DNA from: Trypanosoma brucei
Taxonomy: Eukaryota
DNA length: 64,000 nucleotides
Assembly: GCA_000002445.1 (NCBI GenBank)
Contig: AE017150.2
Coordinates: forward strand, 480,001 to 544,000
Direction of reading: 5' to 3'
Of the stretch, positions 1 to 13,300 are shown piece after piece. The number at the start of each line of letters is the position of its first letter. Position 1 is the first letter of the stretch. A program made the position numbers and the translations under genes. Below the pieces are notes generated by a model, which saw only the letters and a list, made by a program, of their open reading frames with translations, had not been told where the DNA came from and did no database searches.

Positions 1-608
1 CGGTGAACTGCAGAGGGGCAACACCACATTCACATGTACGCACAAATATACAAAAAAATATATGTTTATTTATTCAAACATCCACCCACAACGCATCTAC
101 AGGTAAGGGGGAGGAAATGTGACGGATAAGCGCTTTCAGTTAAATACAATTCCACTCCTATCCGCATTCATTCGGTGCTTGTCGCTGATGGTTACTGCGT
201 TTCTACTGCGCGGCTCCGTCGCGTCCTCCCTCTTCCACTCCTCACGAAAGTATTCCGTGCATCCCGTGAGGTGTGTGTGTGTTTTAGTATGAAAAGCTGT
301 AGGTAACTAATGCACTACAAACCTTAAAAAAACGACAACAACAAAAAAAAAGTCAAACGCTATGAAAGAAAGTTTCTCCTAGAAAAGTAAAAAAAACGTG
401 GGAGAGAGCAGGTGGGGGATGACTTTGGCACAAAAGCCAAGATGCACCCGCAATTACACTCGCATTCGGGGGCAGTTTTTATATTAGTTCACGTCTTTCG
501 ACACCAACTTCACCTAATCAGTAAATTGCAGCCTGATCCTGCGTTTCCTACACTCTCGTTCCTCCTCTGGACCATTTTGTGTGTTGTTTTGTTGGGTCGA
601 GCCCTCCT

Positions 609-2150
609 TTATTCCTTCTTCGGCTCACTTTTCGGTTTTTTCCCGTCACCCTTCTCCGCTCCGCTCCCTGCCTCATCTTTCGCTTTCTTACCCTTCGCAT
701 CCACCTGTTTGGCAGCAGTGCGCTTTGCCAAGTTCTCTTCCACAAGCGCGTCGAACTTACCATTTGCCTTGTCGAACAACGCCGTTACCAACTTATCGTA
801 CTTTTCCAGTGCATCCAGCGCATCCTGATAAAGAGTCGTGGCGGATGTGACATCTCCACTTCCGCTGGTTCCGGTGCCACCACTATGGTATGCGCTGCTG
901 TGGGAAACACCGTGAGACCCATCAGAAGTGCCATCTCCCTTCTGCTTGGCTTTTTCTCGCTTCGCGTCTTGTTCATCGAAAACTACCACGCACTGATGCT
1001 GCTGGTCCACGATCCCTGCCAGCTTCTTGTCAAGGATGAGCTGGGACACCTGTGACTCCACGGTTTCCACATCAAGCTTCAGAAGCTCCGCAAGATATGA
1101 TATCTGCACTCGGCTGTACGGCTCCAACAGCTTCAGCAGGTGTCCCTCAAGCAGACTCTTATACATCTCAGAGAGCTGACGCTGAAGCACTTCGTCCTCA
1201 AGAAATGGCGCGTTCTTATTTTCTTGCATGATGCGATTGAATAGGTGTGTGTCCTGGCTGTTGTATGCATCCGCGACGCCATGGAGAGCGACCATATCAG
1301 CTCCTTTGTATTCCAGCACATTCTTTGAGCTCAGCAGCGCAGAAAGCTCATCCGGGCTATTAGTGGCAATCTTAGCGAGAATCATATAATGTAGTGCTTT
1401 ACGTGCTTGCCGCGCTTGGTCACCTAACTGGTGGAAGCCCTCGAAAGCCTCATACAAGTAAGAAAAAGCCGTCTTCGCGTCATGCTCTTCGGCATGCAGG
1501 ACGCCACTTTGCAGGTCAATTTCCGCTTGAGCCAGCGGCGGGCAATATATGCTGTTCGCATTAGTTCGTGCCGCCACAAGGGCTGCACGAGCACGTGAAA
1601 TATTGCGAATGGAATAGTAGATGTGACTCTCTAGTAGGTGAATATCAAGCAGAAGAGCTCTGTCATCAAGACGACGGACCTCTCGCAGCAGCGCCTGAAG
1701 CGTCGTGAGAGCCTCCTGCCGTTCATTGCGCGCAAATTGCACTTCTGCAAGGCGGTGCTGGAGCCGCTGCCGGAGAAAAGTACGTTTCTCCTGACGGGCC
1801 CACGCGATCATGTCGCGGCACACTTCCATCTGCCGGTCAAGTGACGCTCCACTGTTGAGAATTAGATCGAACATCTTGCGCACCATGCGAGTTGCCTTCG
1901 CCTTGGGAAGCAGAGCAAAGAAAGACCGAATGGCAGACAAGAGTTGCACAAGCATGTCAGTTTGCTTCTCCACGCTAAGAATCTCCGCCAGGCGATAAAT
2001 CGCGCGCTCCTTTGCTCGGAGACCAATTGCGTCATCCGCCGTGACATCCGTCGAGACAATGTCTTCAAGCACTCCCCGTGCTTCCGTCCGCCGCCCGTCC
2101 GCAATAAAGTCCTCTGCTGTGTCCCAAAGTGAGTCCAAATCCTTTTCCAT
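609..2150 (-). CDS. RPN6: 26S proteasome regulatory (lid) non-ATPase subunit RPN6/PSMD11, PCI-domain protein, with Gly/Ser-rich insert and Lys-rich C-terminal tail
   Basis: Genuine ATG at 2148-2150 (cat on the plus strand). 513 aa. The C-terminal PCI region ILDKKLAGIVDQQHQCVVVFDE and terminal helix TLYQDALDALEKYDKLVTALFDKA align to human PSMD11 [22 protein letters not shown] and [24 protein letters not shown]. The N-terminal half is a helical TPR-like repeat region. Confidence 0.75.
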   Translation of the reverse strand: MEKDLDSLWDTAEDFIADGRRTEARGVLEDIVSTDVTADDAIGLRAKERAIYRLAEILSVEKQTDMLVQLLSAIRSFFALLPKAKATRMVRKMFDLILNSGASLDRQMEVCRDMIAWARQEKRTFLRQRLQHRLAEVQFARNERQEALTTLQALLREVRRLDDRALLLDIHLLESHIYYSIRNISRARAALVAARTNANSIYCPPLAQAEIDLQSGVLHAEEHDAKTAFSYLYEAFEGFHQLGDQARQARKALHYMILAKIATNSPDELSALLSSKNVLEYKGADMVALHGVADAYNSQDTHLFNRIMQENKNAPFLEDEVLQRQLSEMYKSLLEGHLLKLLEPYSRVQISYLAELLKLDVETVESQVSQLILDKKLAGIVDQQHQCVVVFDEQDAKREKAKQKGDGTSDGSHGVSHSSAYHSGGTGTSGSGDVTSATTLYQDALDALEKYDKLVTALFDKANGKFDALVEENLAKRTAAKQVDAKGKKAKDEAGSGAEKGDGKKPKSEPKKE

Positions 2151-2752
2151 CGTGACGCCGGTGATAACCCCCTAGTGGCTTTTCACTATGCGCGTTTTGA
2201 TCGCTTTATTGATCCTTTGAAAATTTCAGACTTTCTGTTCCTTTGTTTGCTGTTGTGCGCCTATCGCCGCGCAGGTTTGTTCTCCGTCCGTCGCGGTAGC
2301 AAGCTCTTACCTTTATCTACCGTTTCCACGCTTTCAGTTTCTTTACCTAATTCCAGTACTTCTTCACTTTGCTGTTTTCTTTTTTTTTTTTTTCAAAGGA
2401 TGTCCGCCAAGGGATTAGGAACAGGTTATAAGGACAAAGGAATCGGGTGAAAAATTGTGTGGTGCAAAACGAGAGAAAAAAAAAGCGTTGAGAAAATGAC
2501 TGACAAACGGAGATAGGGCGGTGAACAGGCAGCAACTCCTGATAACGAAAAAGAATACAGTTGAGGGAAAATACGGTGGGACGCGCGTGGTACGTTTAAT
2601 CAAAAATTCCACCGACACGAATGGAAGAGAATCAGTGGAGTAAACTTCGCAAGATATTCTTCCCCGCCCGGCCATTGCGATATGCCACCTACCAGTGTCG
2701 ACCACGACATGAGCCGCAATAAAAAAGTTGACAGCCCATTGCCATCCGTTTA

Positions 2753-4051
2753 TTATCCGACACGCTGCCGTTTTGTCCTTTCCTTCACCGCTTCAGATAT
2801 TGCTATATATGGCGCCTGCAGAGGTGGCTGAACGGGCGGCAGTACAACATCAGACTCACCACGGTCGTAGCACATATCAGCATCATAACCAGTCAAGTCT
2901 CCACAGGCCAGGAAAGGTACGATAACAGATTCTACTGCGTATGCCTCATCAACTATATCAGTAACACCACTATGATGCAATTCACCATTGTTAACATTGT
3001 CGGATGACATGCGCTGCGCATCCACAGCGGCTAAGTGCAGTGCTGGGGCAGCGGGTGTGAAGCAACTCGTTGTCTGCGTAAGTGGCCGCTCGAATGACGG
3101 CTGGTAGGATGCAGGCGGGTCGTAGTTTTGGCACACCATAAAAGCCTCCATCGAGGCGTTGCGCGATGACTTTGGTTTCGCGATGGTCACTTGACGGAAA
3201 AAAACTTCTGCTTTGGCGACAAGAAACGGCGTGTTGGGGCCGCGGAACATCTTTGTCACAAACGTACCGCCGCGCCGGAGCACAAATGTCGTGATGTTAA
3301 GTGCGGCGAGCAGCAGATGGTGCTGAAGATACTCGTCAAGCTCGTGCATACCGGTAACATCGGGAGCGCCGTCGCACACCACCAAATCCGCCTTTCGCCC
3401 GGCGACGGGTCGCGTCGAAGCGCCCGCATCCCCACCGTTCCTATCGTCGTTATTATTACTATTATTGTTATTGTTGTCACCATCCACACATTCAGAAGCA
3501 TTATTACGTTCATTCATGAGCCCTACACCGCAATCCGACCTCTGCTGACTACTCTTTCCCTCCTCGCTGACGTTATTGCCGCGACCGTTATTAAAATCAT
3601 TAATTGCGCCTGCTGTCGAGAGTGCCGTGGCGTCTGAGCATTCGGGAACAGAAGAGGAATCACCGTTAAGCAACCGAATGATTTCGCGCGCCGTCCACTC
3701 ACTCGTGATATCGCCTTGCAACAGCTGGACGCCGTCTATTGGCATCATCTCCTGCAGGTCCACCGCAACAATGCGAGGGCGCTGGGATGCTTCAGAGTTT
3801 ATGGCTTCGTCTCCTTCACACGCTTCTGCTGCACTTCCCGGTTGACTGCCGCACAGATGGTTGGAAAGCACTTGTGACCAGCTTCCTGGGGCTGCACACA
3901 GATCCACAACACCAGTACGTATTTCCTCACGCCGAAGAATCCCAAATTCTTCATGCAGTTGCAGCAACTTGTACGCGCTACGCGCTCGGTAACCTTCTTC
4001 TTTCGCTTTGCGATAGTAGATGTCCCGCTTGTCCTTTGAAGCACGACCCAT
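2753..4051 (-). CDS. FtsJ/Trm7-type tRNA (anticodon-loop) 2'-O-ribose methyltransferase, with a ~100-aa Asn/Asp-rich insertion in the methyltransferase core
   Basis: ATG at 4049-4051. The N-terminus MGRASKDKRDIYYRKAKEEGYRARSAYKLLQL...VVDLCAAPGSWSQVL matches the yeast Trm7/human FTSJ1 N-terminus almost residue for residue. The K-D-K-E catalytic elements are present (DLVVCDGAPDVTG, TFVTKMFRG, AKPKSSRNASMEAF). Confidence 0.8.
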   Translation of the reverse strand: MGRASKDKRDIYYRKAKEEGYRARSAYKLLQLHEEFGILRREEIRTGVVDLCAAPGSWSQVLSNHLCGSQPGSAAEACEGDEAINSEASQRPRIVAVDLQEMMPIDGVQLLQGDITSEWTAREIIRLLNGDSSSVPECSDATALSTAGAINDFNNGRGNNVSEEGKSSQQRSDCGVGLMNERNNASECVDGDNNNNNSNNNDDRNGGDAGASTRPVAGRKADLVVCDGAPDVTGMHELDEYLQHHLLLAALNITTFVLRRGGTFVTKMFRGPNTPFLVAKAEVFFRQVTIAKPKSSRNASMEAFMVCQNYDPPASYQPSFERPLTQTTSCFTPAAPALHLAAVDAQRMSSDNVNNGELHHSGVTDIVDEAYAVESVIVPFLACGDLTGYDADMCYDRGESDVVLPPVQPPLQAPYIAISEAVKERTKRQRVG

Positions 4052-5138
4052 TGTTTTGCTACACGTGGAAGTATGCTAGTGTGTTAAATCGATTATTCTC
4101 GTCGTACCAACCCTCAGTACGCCCTGCTTTCGATATCTGTATATGTGTGTATGAGCTGAGATGCCACAATTTTTGGCGAAAACCCTTGCCGTTTTTTTTT
4201 TCTACTCTTCACGAAGATAACTACAACACCCCCACAGGTTTGAATTTCTTTCCCTTATTTTCCTTTCTTTTTTTTTATTTCTGTTGACGTTATCTTCACT
4301 TTCCGCCTTCCCTGTTCTTTTTTGGGGTACGGAACTAACCTCACCGTTCGAGGCTAAAATTTGGGGTAAAGGGGATGGAAAGAAATGAAAAAGAAGAGAA
4401 AAAACCTGCAGGTAAACGTTAAGACCAGTCCTCGCATGAATCAACCCGGTTGAACTTCTGCAATTCCTCTCTTGTGTGCAACTTGTGCACGTGGGTATAT
4501 TCCGGTTATCACCCCTCCAGATATAACAAGATTAAAAGGAAGAAAAAAAAGACGGAAAAAGAGGCTGGTAGGAATCTCACTTTGTGCCTTCCCGGCAGTT
4601 TGTAATAAACAACTCATAGTAATAATAATGATAATGATGATGATGATGATAAAAATAAAAATAATGGAGAAAATAAAGTTGAACCTCCACAGTAAGTTCA
4701 CCTCAGACTCAAGCCGCACATGCGAAAAGGATCCACTTGCGGCCAACACCACATCTTTGGCCTTTTCAAATCCCTTCACTTTCATTCCACCCCCACCCAT
4801 TCATTACTGCAACAACTCTTCCTTCTTCCATCTGTCCGTTATTTACGGTTAGCGCACAATCCCTCCTTACAAAAGGAGGCAACAACAACAAACAAACAAA
4901 AGGCAATAAGGCCTAACGGTGGTGCGCAGCATTACCGCAGGCGCATCGTGTCCGGCATCACATTTTCGCTTTCTCTTTTGCGCAACTGTTCCCCAACCCA
5001 CCACTCTTTGCTTTATATTTCTATACTCTCCATACACCTTCTGGTGTGGAGATATGTGTAGCACAATGTTTGTGGAAGGGAAGCGTGTCCAAATAAACTG
5101 AGGCCCCTTAGTGAAGTTCCTTTAATCTATTATTTATT

Positions 5139-5161
5139 ATTATATATATATATATATATAT
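5139..5161. repeat. (TA)n microsatellite
   Basis: tatatatatatatatatatata in the Trm7-UBC9 intergenic region. Confidence 0.9.
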
Positions 5162-6393
5162 TTCTCCTTCCCCCGTAATCTTGAAGCCACGTCATTGAGG
5201 CACAAGAATGAAGCAAGTTTGATATAAATGCAGTAGACTTAAACACAGTGAAGTGTGTCTGTGTGCGTAAGAAAGAGAAATAGAACAGAATTGGGTTCAT
5301 TTACTAGCACCATACCCTGCGCCTCCTCTCTTTTTTTCTCTTCTCACTTTCTCTCCTTTCACCACCGTTACAACACCCGCATATGAATATATGCACGAGG
5401 GACACACCGCACAAACGAAGAAAAAAGGAAGAAAATGCAAATGACCGTACGTGAATTATCAATACATAGGATATATGTGTACACACGTTTTACATAAGCA
5501 TATATATAAACTACGTGTGTGAAGGGGTCGCACCGTACCGCACATTTAATTACCCCCATTCCTCATCATAACACGTTGCACAGCTTCGTGACAAAACCTG
5601 CCCACCTAATTGCTGTTCAAACGAACAACCCAAATAAAACATAACCGAGATCAGCGCTGACGAACAAAGCCGCAGCCTTCACAATCAGTTGACAGTTATA
5701 AAAATAGAAGGATGGTGCAGGGTGGAAAATAGGCGGGCGAACTGTGACCTGCCACAAAAGAATGAAAGAAACAAAAGAAGAAAAAAAGGGAGAACACCAA
5801 ACAAGAATGACAATAGCAATCCTCCTTCAAACAGGTGCACACATCGTTATTTCCCCTTCCCATTCAACCACTCATCCCCTTCATTCCCATCAATATCCCA
5901 GAGGAAAAAGCAACAGGACCTCCAGGGCACGCACAAATAAAGGCCAGTCGTTACCTTCCCCTCCCTTAACATAGAAGAAAAAAAAATGAAGAAAACAAAA
6001 AGAAAAATAGAAAACCATTCCGGTGTTTTTGTTCCCCATCCTTGGAACCTTTGTTATCGTGCCACACGTTTCGACTCTTTCACTCCTAATAGTGCCCTTT
6101 CCCCCCTTTTCTTCATGTCATATCCTTCTTTCATTTTCTTGTCTCACGGCCCACAACTTGTTTGGACGCTTTCCCCCACTCTCGCCCGCCGAATGCTTTC
6201 CTCCTTCTTTCAGCACAACTCCCGCTCACACTATCACTTCGCGGTAGCTTGCATGTGAACCATACCTGATATCTTTGAACGCACAAATATAGAAAAACAC
6301 GCGCTTCCTTATTCTCTTTGTTTCTTCACCCTTCTAGCCTGCTAAGGTGAGTATTATAAAACTTTAAATGTGTTTATTAGTCAACGTGCTTGC

Positions 6394-6990
6394 TTATACC
6401 CGCTTCCGGTGGTGCTTCGCCACCTCCTGCCGCACGCGTTCTTCATACTCTTGACGATCACGCGTGTACACACGAAATGGCTCTTCCTGAGCGGGGTCGT
6501 TGATGTTTGGGTTGTCCAGGAGCTCCTGTATCGCCAGTAGTATTTGCTTAATTGTAATACTCGGCCGCCAGTCCTTCTCCTCGTTGAGAATGGAAAGACA
6601 TACCGTTCCACTCGGGTAGACGTTGGGGTGAAAAAGTACCGGGTTAAACACACATTTAGGCGGCTTTGTCGGGTAATCCTCTGAAAAGTGGAGAAAGAGA
6701 CGGAACTCACCACCTTCAAACGGAGTGCCTGGCTTCCCCGGTATTCCTGCTTCCCACTCAAGCAAGTCCAAGCCACCAGAGTTGTCGCCAGCAGTTTGGC
6801 TACTGCCACTCCCCTGATGCGTTTGGGGGGCCGCTGATGACTTGGCCAGCGCAGTAAGGACATTATTCGGTTGTTGATGCTGCACACTTTTGATTTCCCG
6901 CGGTTTCGCCCAAAAGCCAAAAGGTCGCTCCTTACGCCATGCTTTGCGCTCCTCTCGTAGGCGTGACTGAGCTAAAGATAGCCCGGACAT
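6394..6990 (-). CDS. UBC9: SUMO-conjugating enzyme E2 (UBC9)
   Basis: ATG at 6988-6990. 198 aa. It contains the UBC fold with the [15 protein letters not shown] active-site Cys motif. It also has the UBC9-specific N-terminus [11 protein letters not shown] and the C-terminal [25 protein letters not shown] kinetoplastid-type insertion sits between beta1 and beta2. Confidence 0.9.
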   Translation of the reverse strand: MSGLSLAQSRLREERKAWRKERPFGFWAKPREIKSVQHQQPNNVLTALAKSSAAPQTHQGSGSSQTAGDNSGGLDLLEWEAGIPGKPGTPFEGGEFRLFLHFSEDYPTKPPKCVFNPVLFHPNVYPSGTVCLSILNEEKDWRPSITIKQILLAIQELLDNPNINDPAQEEPFRVYTRDRQEYEERVRQEVAKHHRKRV

Positions 6991-7441
6991 GATACGTCAG
7001 ACTTATTCGCTTTGTGATATGCGGCTCTGCAAAGTGGCCCGCTTCGTCTGATGACCTGCGCCGCTTGAGCGATTTCCTCACCTTACCAACTGTTTCTTAG
7101 TTGCAGTGTAGAGTACGGTTCACGTAAAAAGGTTCAGCAACGAGAGGAGGATATTTAGAAATGGAAGTTAAGGTCGCATTGGGTTTCTTTAATCAACCAA
7201 AGAAGGGTGGGGGGGAGGGGAGGGGTTCCGAGTTACTCATTGAACGTAGATCCAGAGCTTTAGGAGATTCAATCCAACAACTGTGAGAGAATGCGTGTCA
7301 GCACCCCTTTCCCTCGTCGCCGCTCATCCATTCCATTCTCCCATCGTTTGCTTGCTTTCTATTTCGGTGCGACACTGGTATCCCCGCTGCCCTTTCCTTC
7401 ATTGTTTCATCTCCAACCCAAAGTTTCCGCCGAAACTCCTT

Positions 7442-9943
<2,502 letters not shown>

Positions 9944-11050
9944 CTAGGGCTGCGCGCCCCGGTAAATGTATTGCCCAGTGCTTTCAGCACCGCCTCCGCC
10001 TCCTCTCTTTCAAAGTGAAAATGTGTTACTGCTGCTTTTCCTTCATATGTTTCTCTTATCTACATTATTATTATTATATTCCATTTCTGTCACTCACAAA
10101 CGAATAGATGTGAAAAATTTTCTCATACTCTCCTTGCGCCCTGTTACTTTTCTTTCTTAGCACAAAATCCCACACCCGGCCCTCCCTCTTCCCTGCCGCT
10201 AAACGACAACAATAGCAACAGTAGCCACAACAATAGCAATCGCAATGATGATAATAACAAATGTGCAAACAAACAAAGAGATGCGCGGTACTGAAGTGTG
10301 CACGACAAATGGGAGCATCCACCGGTATTATTATCACCAACAAGGACACCAAGCGCAGCCATAATAAGACGAACGCACAAATGTGCGATCACACTCACTT
10401 ACTCAATTAAATACTTATTTACGTTTCCAACAGCGTTCATTTGCTCTCCCCAGTGTGTCACTCTGATGTGAAGAAAGACGATGGGGTCACGAGGGGGGAA
10501 AATAAAAAGGAACAAAGTCCGAAGAATTAAAAAGAAAAAGGGAGCATCTCTATGAGGTTGTTAACAGCGACTCGGTGAATAAATTTCCCTCCCACGTTAA
10601 CAGCTTCTTTCCATTACTCCCTGAACCAGCGGCAACCAATAAGGCGTACCGTGAAAAACCACGCACGAATGGCGACAACATATCATCCAACGAGTGGGAC
10701 AAATGAAATTCAAGAAAAAAAATCATCGTATATGAATACCTATGTACTTGTATAGAGACAAAAAAGGTAGTGGTCCATATTCCCTCTCCCTCTCTCTCTC
10801 TCTCACACAGCATATTTCGAAAAAAAAAACCCACTATATATGTGAAAAAGAAAAATAGTTAAATGCTTTTTCATTCACCTGCTACCGACCTCGTAGCTCT
10901 TTTCCTTTTTCTTCCATTATAATACTTCTCACCCATACCACAATTGCGCACATTTTTGAAATATTTAACGTATGATCAACCCGTGCATGCGTAAAAACAG
11001 CAATCAATAAAATACTTTTACTCCCTTCTACTACAACTCCCTAACGCCAT

Positions 11051-11881
11051 TTAATTGGTATTACGTGCTGCGGATTGTCCCATCTGCAACACTGCTTCAT
11101 TTGGCAGCTCTTCCTCTTTCCCTGTAACAGTCATAATCCAGAAGGAAATATCCTCTTTGGTCTTCATGAACACCACAACACATATTAGAAAGCCACCGAT
11201 GCCCACCATGATAATGGTTGAAATGGTACTTTCGTGGCAGAACTGACCAATACTGCAAGGAGGGTCCAGCCTCTTATACGGGACATTTTTCAAATTTTCC
11301 CCAATAAATATAGCCTGCGAGCTAAACGCAAGCATATCATTTCTTTTGGTGATGGGATGGAGCACTTCCGCAAGTGATACCATGCATTTAGTGGGAAACT
11401 TAATGGGGTCGTGTCTATTGTCAGAACTTCGCCTTCGGATTCTGTGTGCGTTTGTGTTCCACTCCATTGACGCACCAAAGTACAAACCGTATGCATAAAG
11501 GTTTTTGCGAAAGCTTATTTGCTCCTCTAGCAAGGAGATATCGCATTGCTTGTTGAGAGGACCACCATACGCGTCCCGTACGATCCAGAATTGTTTGCAG
11601 AAGCACCTTGAAAGATCCTCCAGTATGGCTTTGGTGATTTCATCCATGGTGCGTCTTGTAACCACTGCAAAATACCGTATTGAGGGACCCATAAGTATAA
11701 GTGAGGAATTAACACTGTCTTTTCTCTTTGCGCTTTCATCGCTGGTATTCGGTCCAGTTTCCGGTACAAGTCCCGAGTCTTCGGTTTCCTCCGCATCATC
11801 ATCTTCATCCGGCGGGTCAGCCGAAGTCACGCCCATGAGGTAAATTAGAACAATGGCCGCTGCGAAGTAGCGACTTGACAT
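11051..11881 (-). CDS. Hypothetical type-I membrane protein (signal peptide, acidic ectodomain, single C-terminal TM helix)
   Basis: The ORF-track start is TTG, and the first ATG is at 11879-11881 (MSSRYFAAAIVLIYLMGVTSA looks like a signal peptide). A C-terminal hydrophobic segment ISTIIMVGIGGFLICVVVF is followed by a short tail. The rest is non-repetitive and complex. No family was recognised. Confidence 0.5.
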   Translation of the reverse strand: MSSRYFAAAIVLIYLMGVTSADPPDEDDDAEETEDSGLVPETGPNTSDESAKRKDSVNSSLILMGPSIRYFAVVTRRTMDEITKAILEDLSRCFCKQFWIVRDAYGGPLNKQCDISLLEEQISFRKNLYAYGLYFGASMEWNTNAHRIRRRSSDNRHDPIKFPTKCMVSLAEVLHPITKRNDMLAFSSQAIFIGENLKNVPYKRLDPPCSIGQFCHESTISTIIMVGIGGFLICVVVFMKTKEDISFWIMTVTGKEEELPNEAVLQMGQSAARNTN

Positions 11882-12454
11882 GATATTGAGCACGAACCAA
11901 ACCAGAAATTCAGCAGAATACAAAGGTATACGGGTGGTAATGAATGCCGACCAAAATAACCTCCCGTCCCCGACTCACTTATCCCGTTGCTAAACCTTCC
12001 CACTGAGAATAATTTCTTTCGGAGCGAGCATAAAACAAAGTAACAATAACAACAACAACAACAGCAACAACAAAGAAAGTACAAGAAAGAAACCACAGGG
12101 AGAATTATTCTCTTTGTGCAGGAGTCAAATTGTATACAAAAAAAAGTACCTAAAAAGGCAATAAATATAAAACTAGAAAAAAAATAATTAACATTTCGAT
12201 CACTGGCCAACTTTCATCAACCTGTTAAATAACTCCCAAGCTTTCAGGGCAGGATTGGTAACTGCTTTTACAGATCAGTGTCCCCAAAGCCGCAATGAGG
12301 TTGCTTATCAGTTACGACATTAAAGAACAGATACACACGCCCACACACCACACGACGAAAGGAGAAAACAGAGGGCAAGTGATGCTTTCCCAATTTCATT
12401 CGGTTCATTCACCCCCTCCCCTCCGGTGTGGGTGTGTTGGATCGAAATACGGCG

Positions 12455-13300
12455 TTAAGTGTATAACGTGCGGCGAAAGCGGTGTCTTCGCCTGTGCTCC
12501 CGCCACCAACGCCATCCCAACCCCATTAAAACTCCAGCTCCTAAACCCCCCAAGTGGGCGGCGTGGCCAACAGTTTCGCCAGGTCCCCACCACCACCCCC
12601 ATCCCGTACCTGATGATCCCGATGTGGGTTTTCCCCCGAGTGTTGCGGTAGCGAGTTTGAAGACCTCCAAAGCAGCTGCCATCCACACAGTAATCCAAGT
12701 GCCCCTGTAGGCTGCTCCAAACCCATGAATCGCGTATCCACCAGCGCTGGCTCCACACATGAAGGATGTATCCACCCGGTGCTTTCCCACACTGTACGTT
12801 ACACTACCAACCCAACTGTCAAACTGTGACTTAAGGGTGGAGAAGATACCTTCCTCTTCTTCATGAAAGAAACCGATGAGACCCTTCACAGAGAACATTC
12901 CCTTCCATCTCTTCCACTTCAACTGCGCGTAGTCAAAAAGCAGCTGCCCAGCAACACCGCTGACGCCCCCAATAATGAGAACGGCGGTTGCGCCAGCGGC
13001 CTCCTTGATGCTTTTCCACATGCCGCGGTCCGCTACACCGATCTGAAAGCAATCTTCCCCGAGCTCTAAGAGTGTGCACAATAGCAGCATCACGTTTCCC
13101 ACAAAGTGTTCATCAGAAGCATGCACAAACATATGCGTTACGAGGACAAGCGGGTTACGCTTAAATGCCGAGACGGAAAAGCCATAGTCCTGCACACGTG
13201 CCAGGCACTGAAAAGGAGTTGGCCACTTTCCATCCGCAAAATGGACAAGCAAGCAAATCCATACGGGCGTCAGGCGGATTGCTATGCATGTGGGAATCAT
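12455..13300 (-). CDS. Rhomboid-like intramembrane serine protease
   Basis: The ORF-track start is TTG, and the first ATG is at 13298-13300. The TM2 signature is LVTHMFVHASDEHFVGNVMLLL (the rhomboid H..F.H...H...N motif). The catalytic-Ser motif is MCGASAGGYAIHGF (GxSx) and the catalytic-His TM motif is HAAHLGGLGAGVLMG (AHxGG). Multiple hydrophobic helices are present. Confidence 0.6.
   Translation of the reverse strand: MIPTCIAIRLTPVWICLLVHFADGKWPTPFQCLARVQDYGFSVSAFKRNPLVLVTHMFVHASDEHFVGNVMLLLCTLLELGEDCFQIGVADRGMWKSIKEAAGATAVLIIGGVSGVAGQLLFDYAQLKWKRWKGMFSVKGLIGFFHEEEEGIFSTLKSQFDSWVGSVTYSVGKHRVDTSFMCGASAGGYAIHGFGAAYRGTWITVWMAAALEVFKLATATLGGKPTSGSSGTGWGWWWGPGETVGHAAHLGGLGAGVLMGLGWRWWREHRRRHRFRRTLYT

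Noticed and set aside
412-1055. Plus-strand ORFs (138 and 158 aa) at the left edge overlapping the 3' end of RPN6
   Set aside because: The first starts at GTG. Both are low-complexity (S/F/L/P-rich) and run antisense to or overlap the RPN6 C-terminal Lys/Gly-rich tail.
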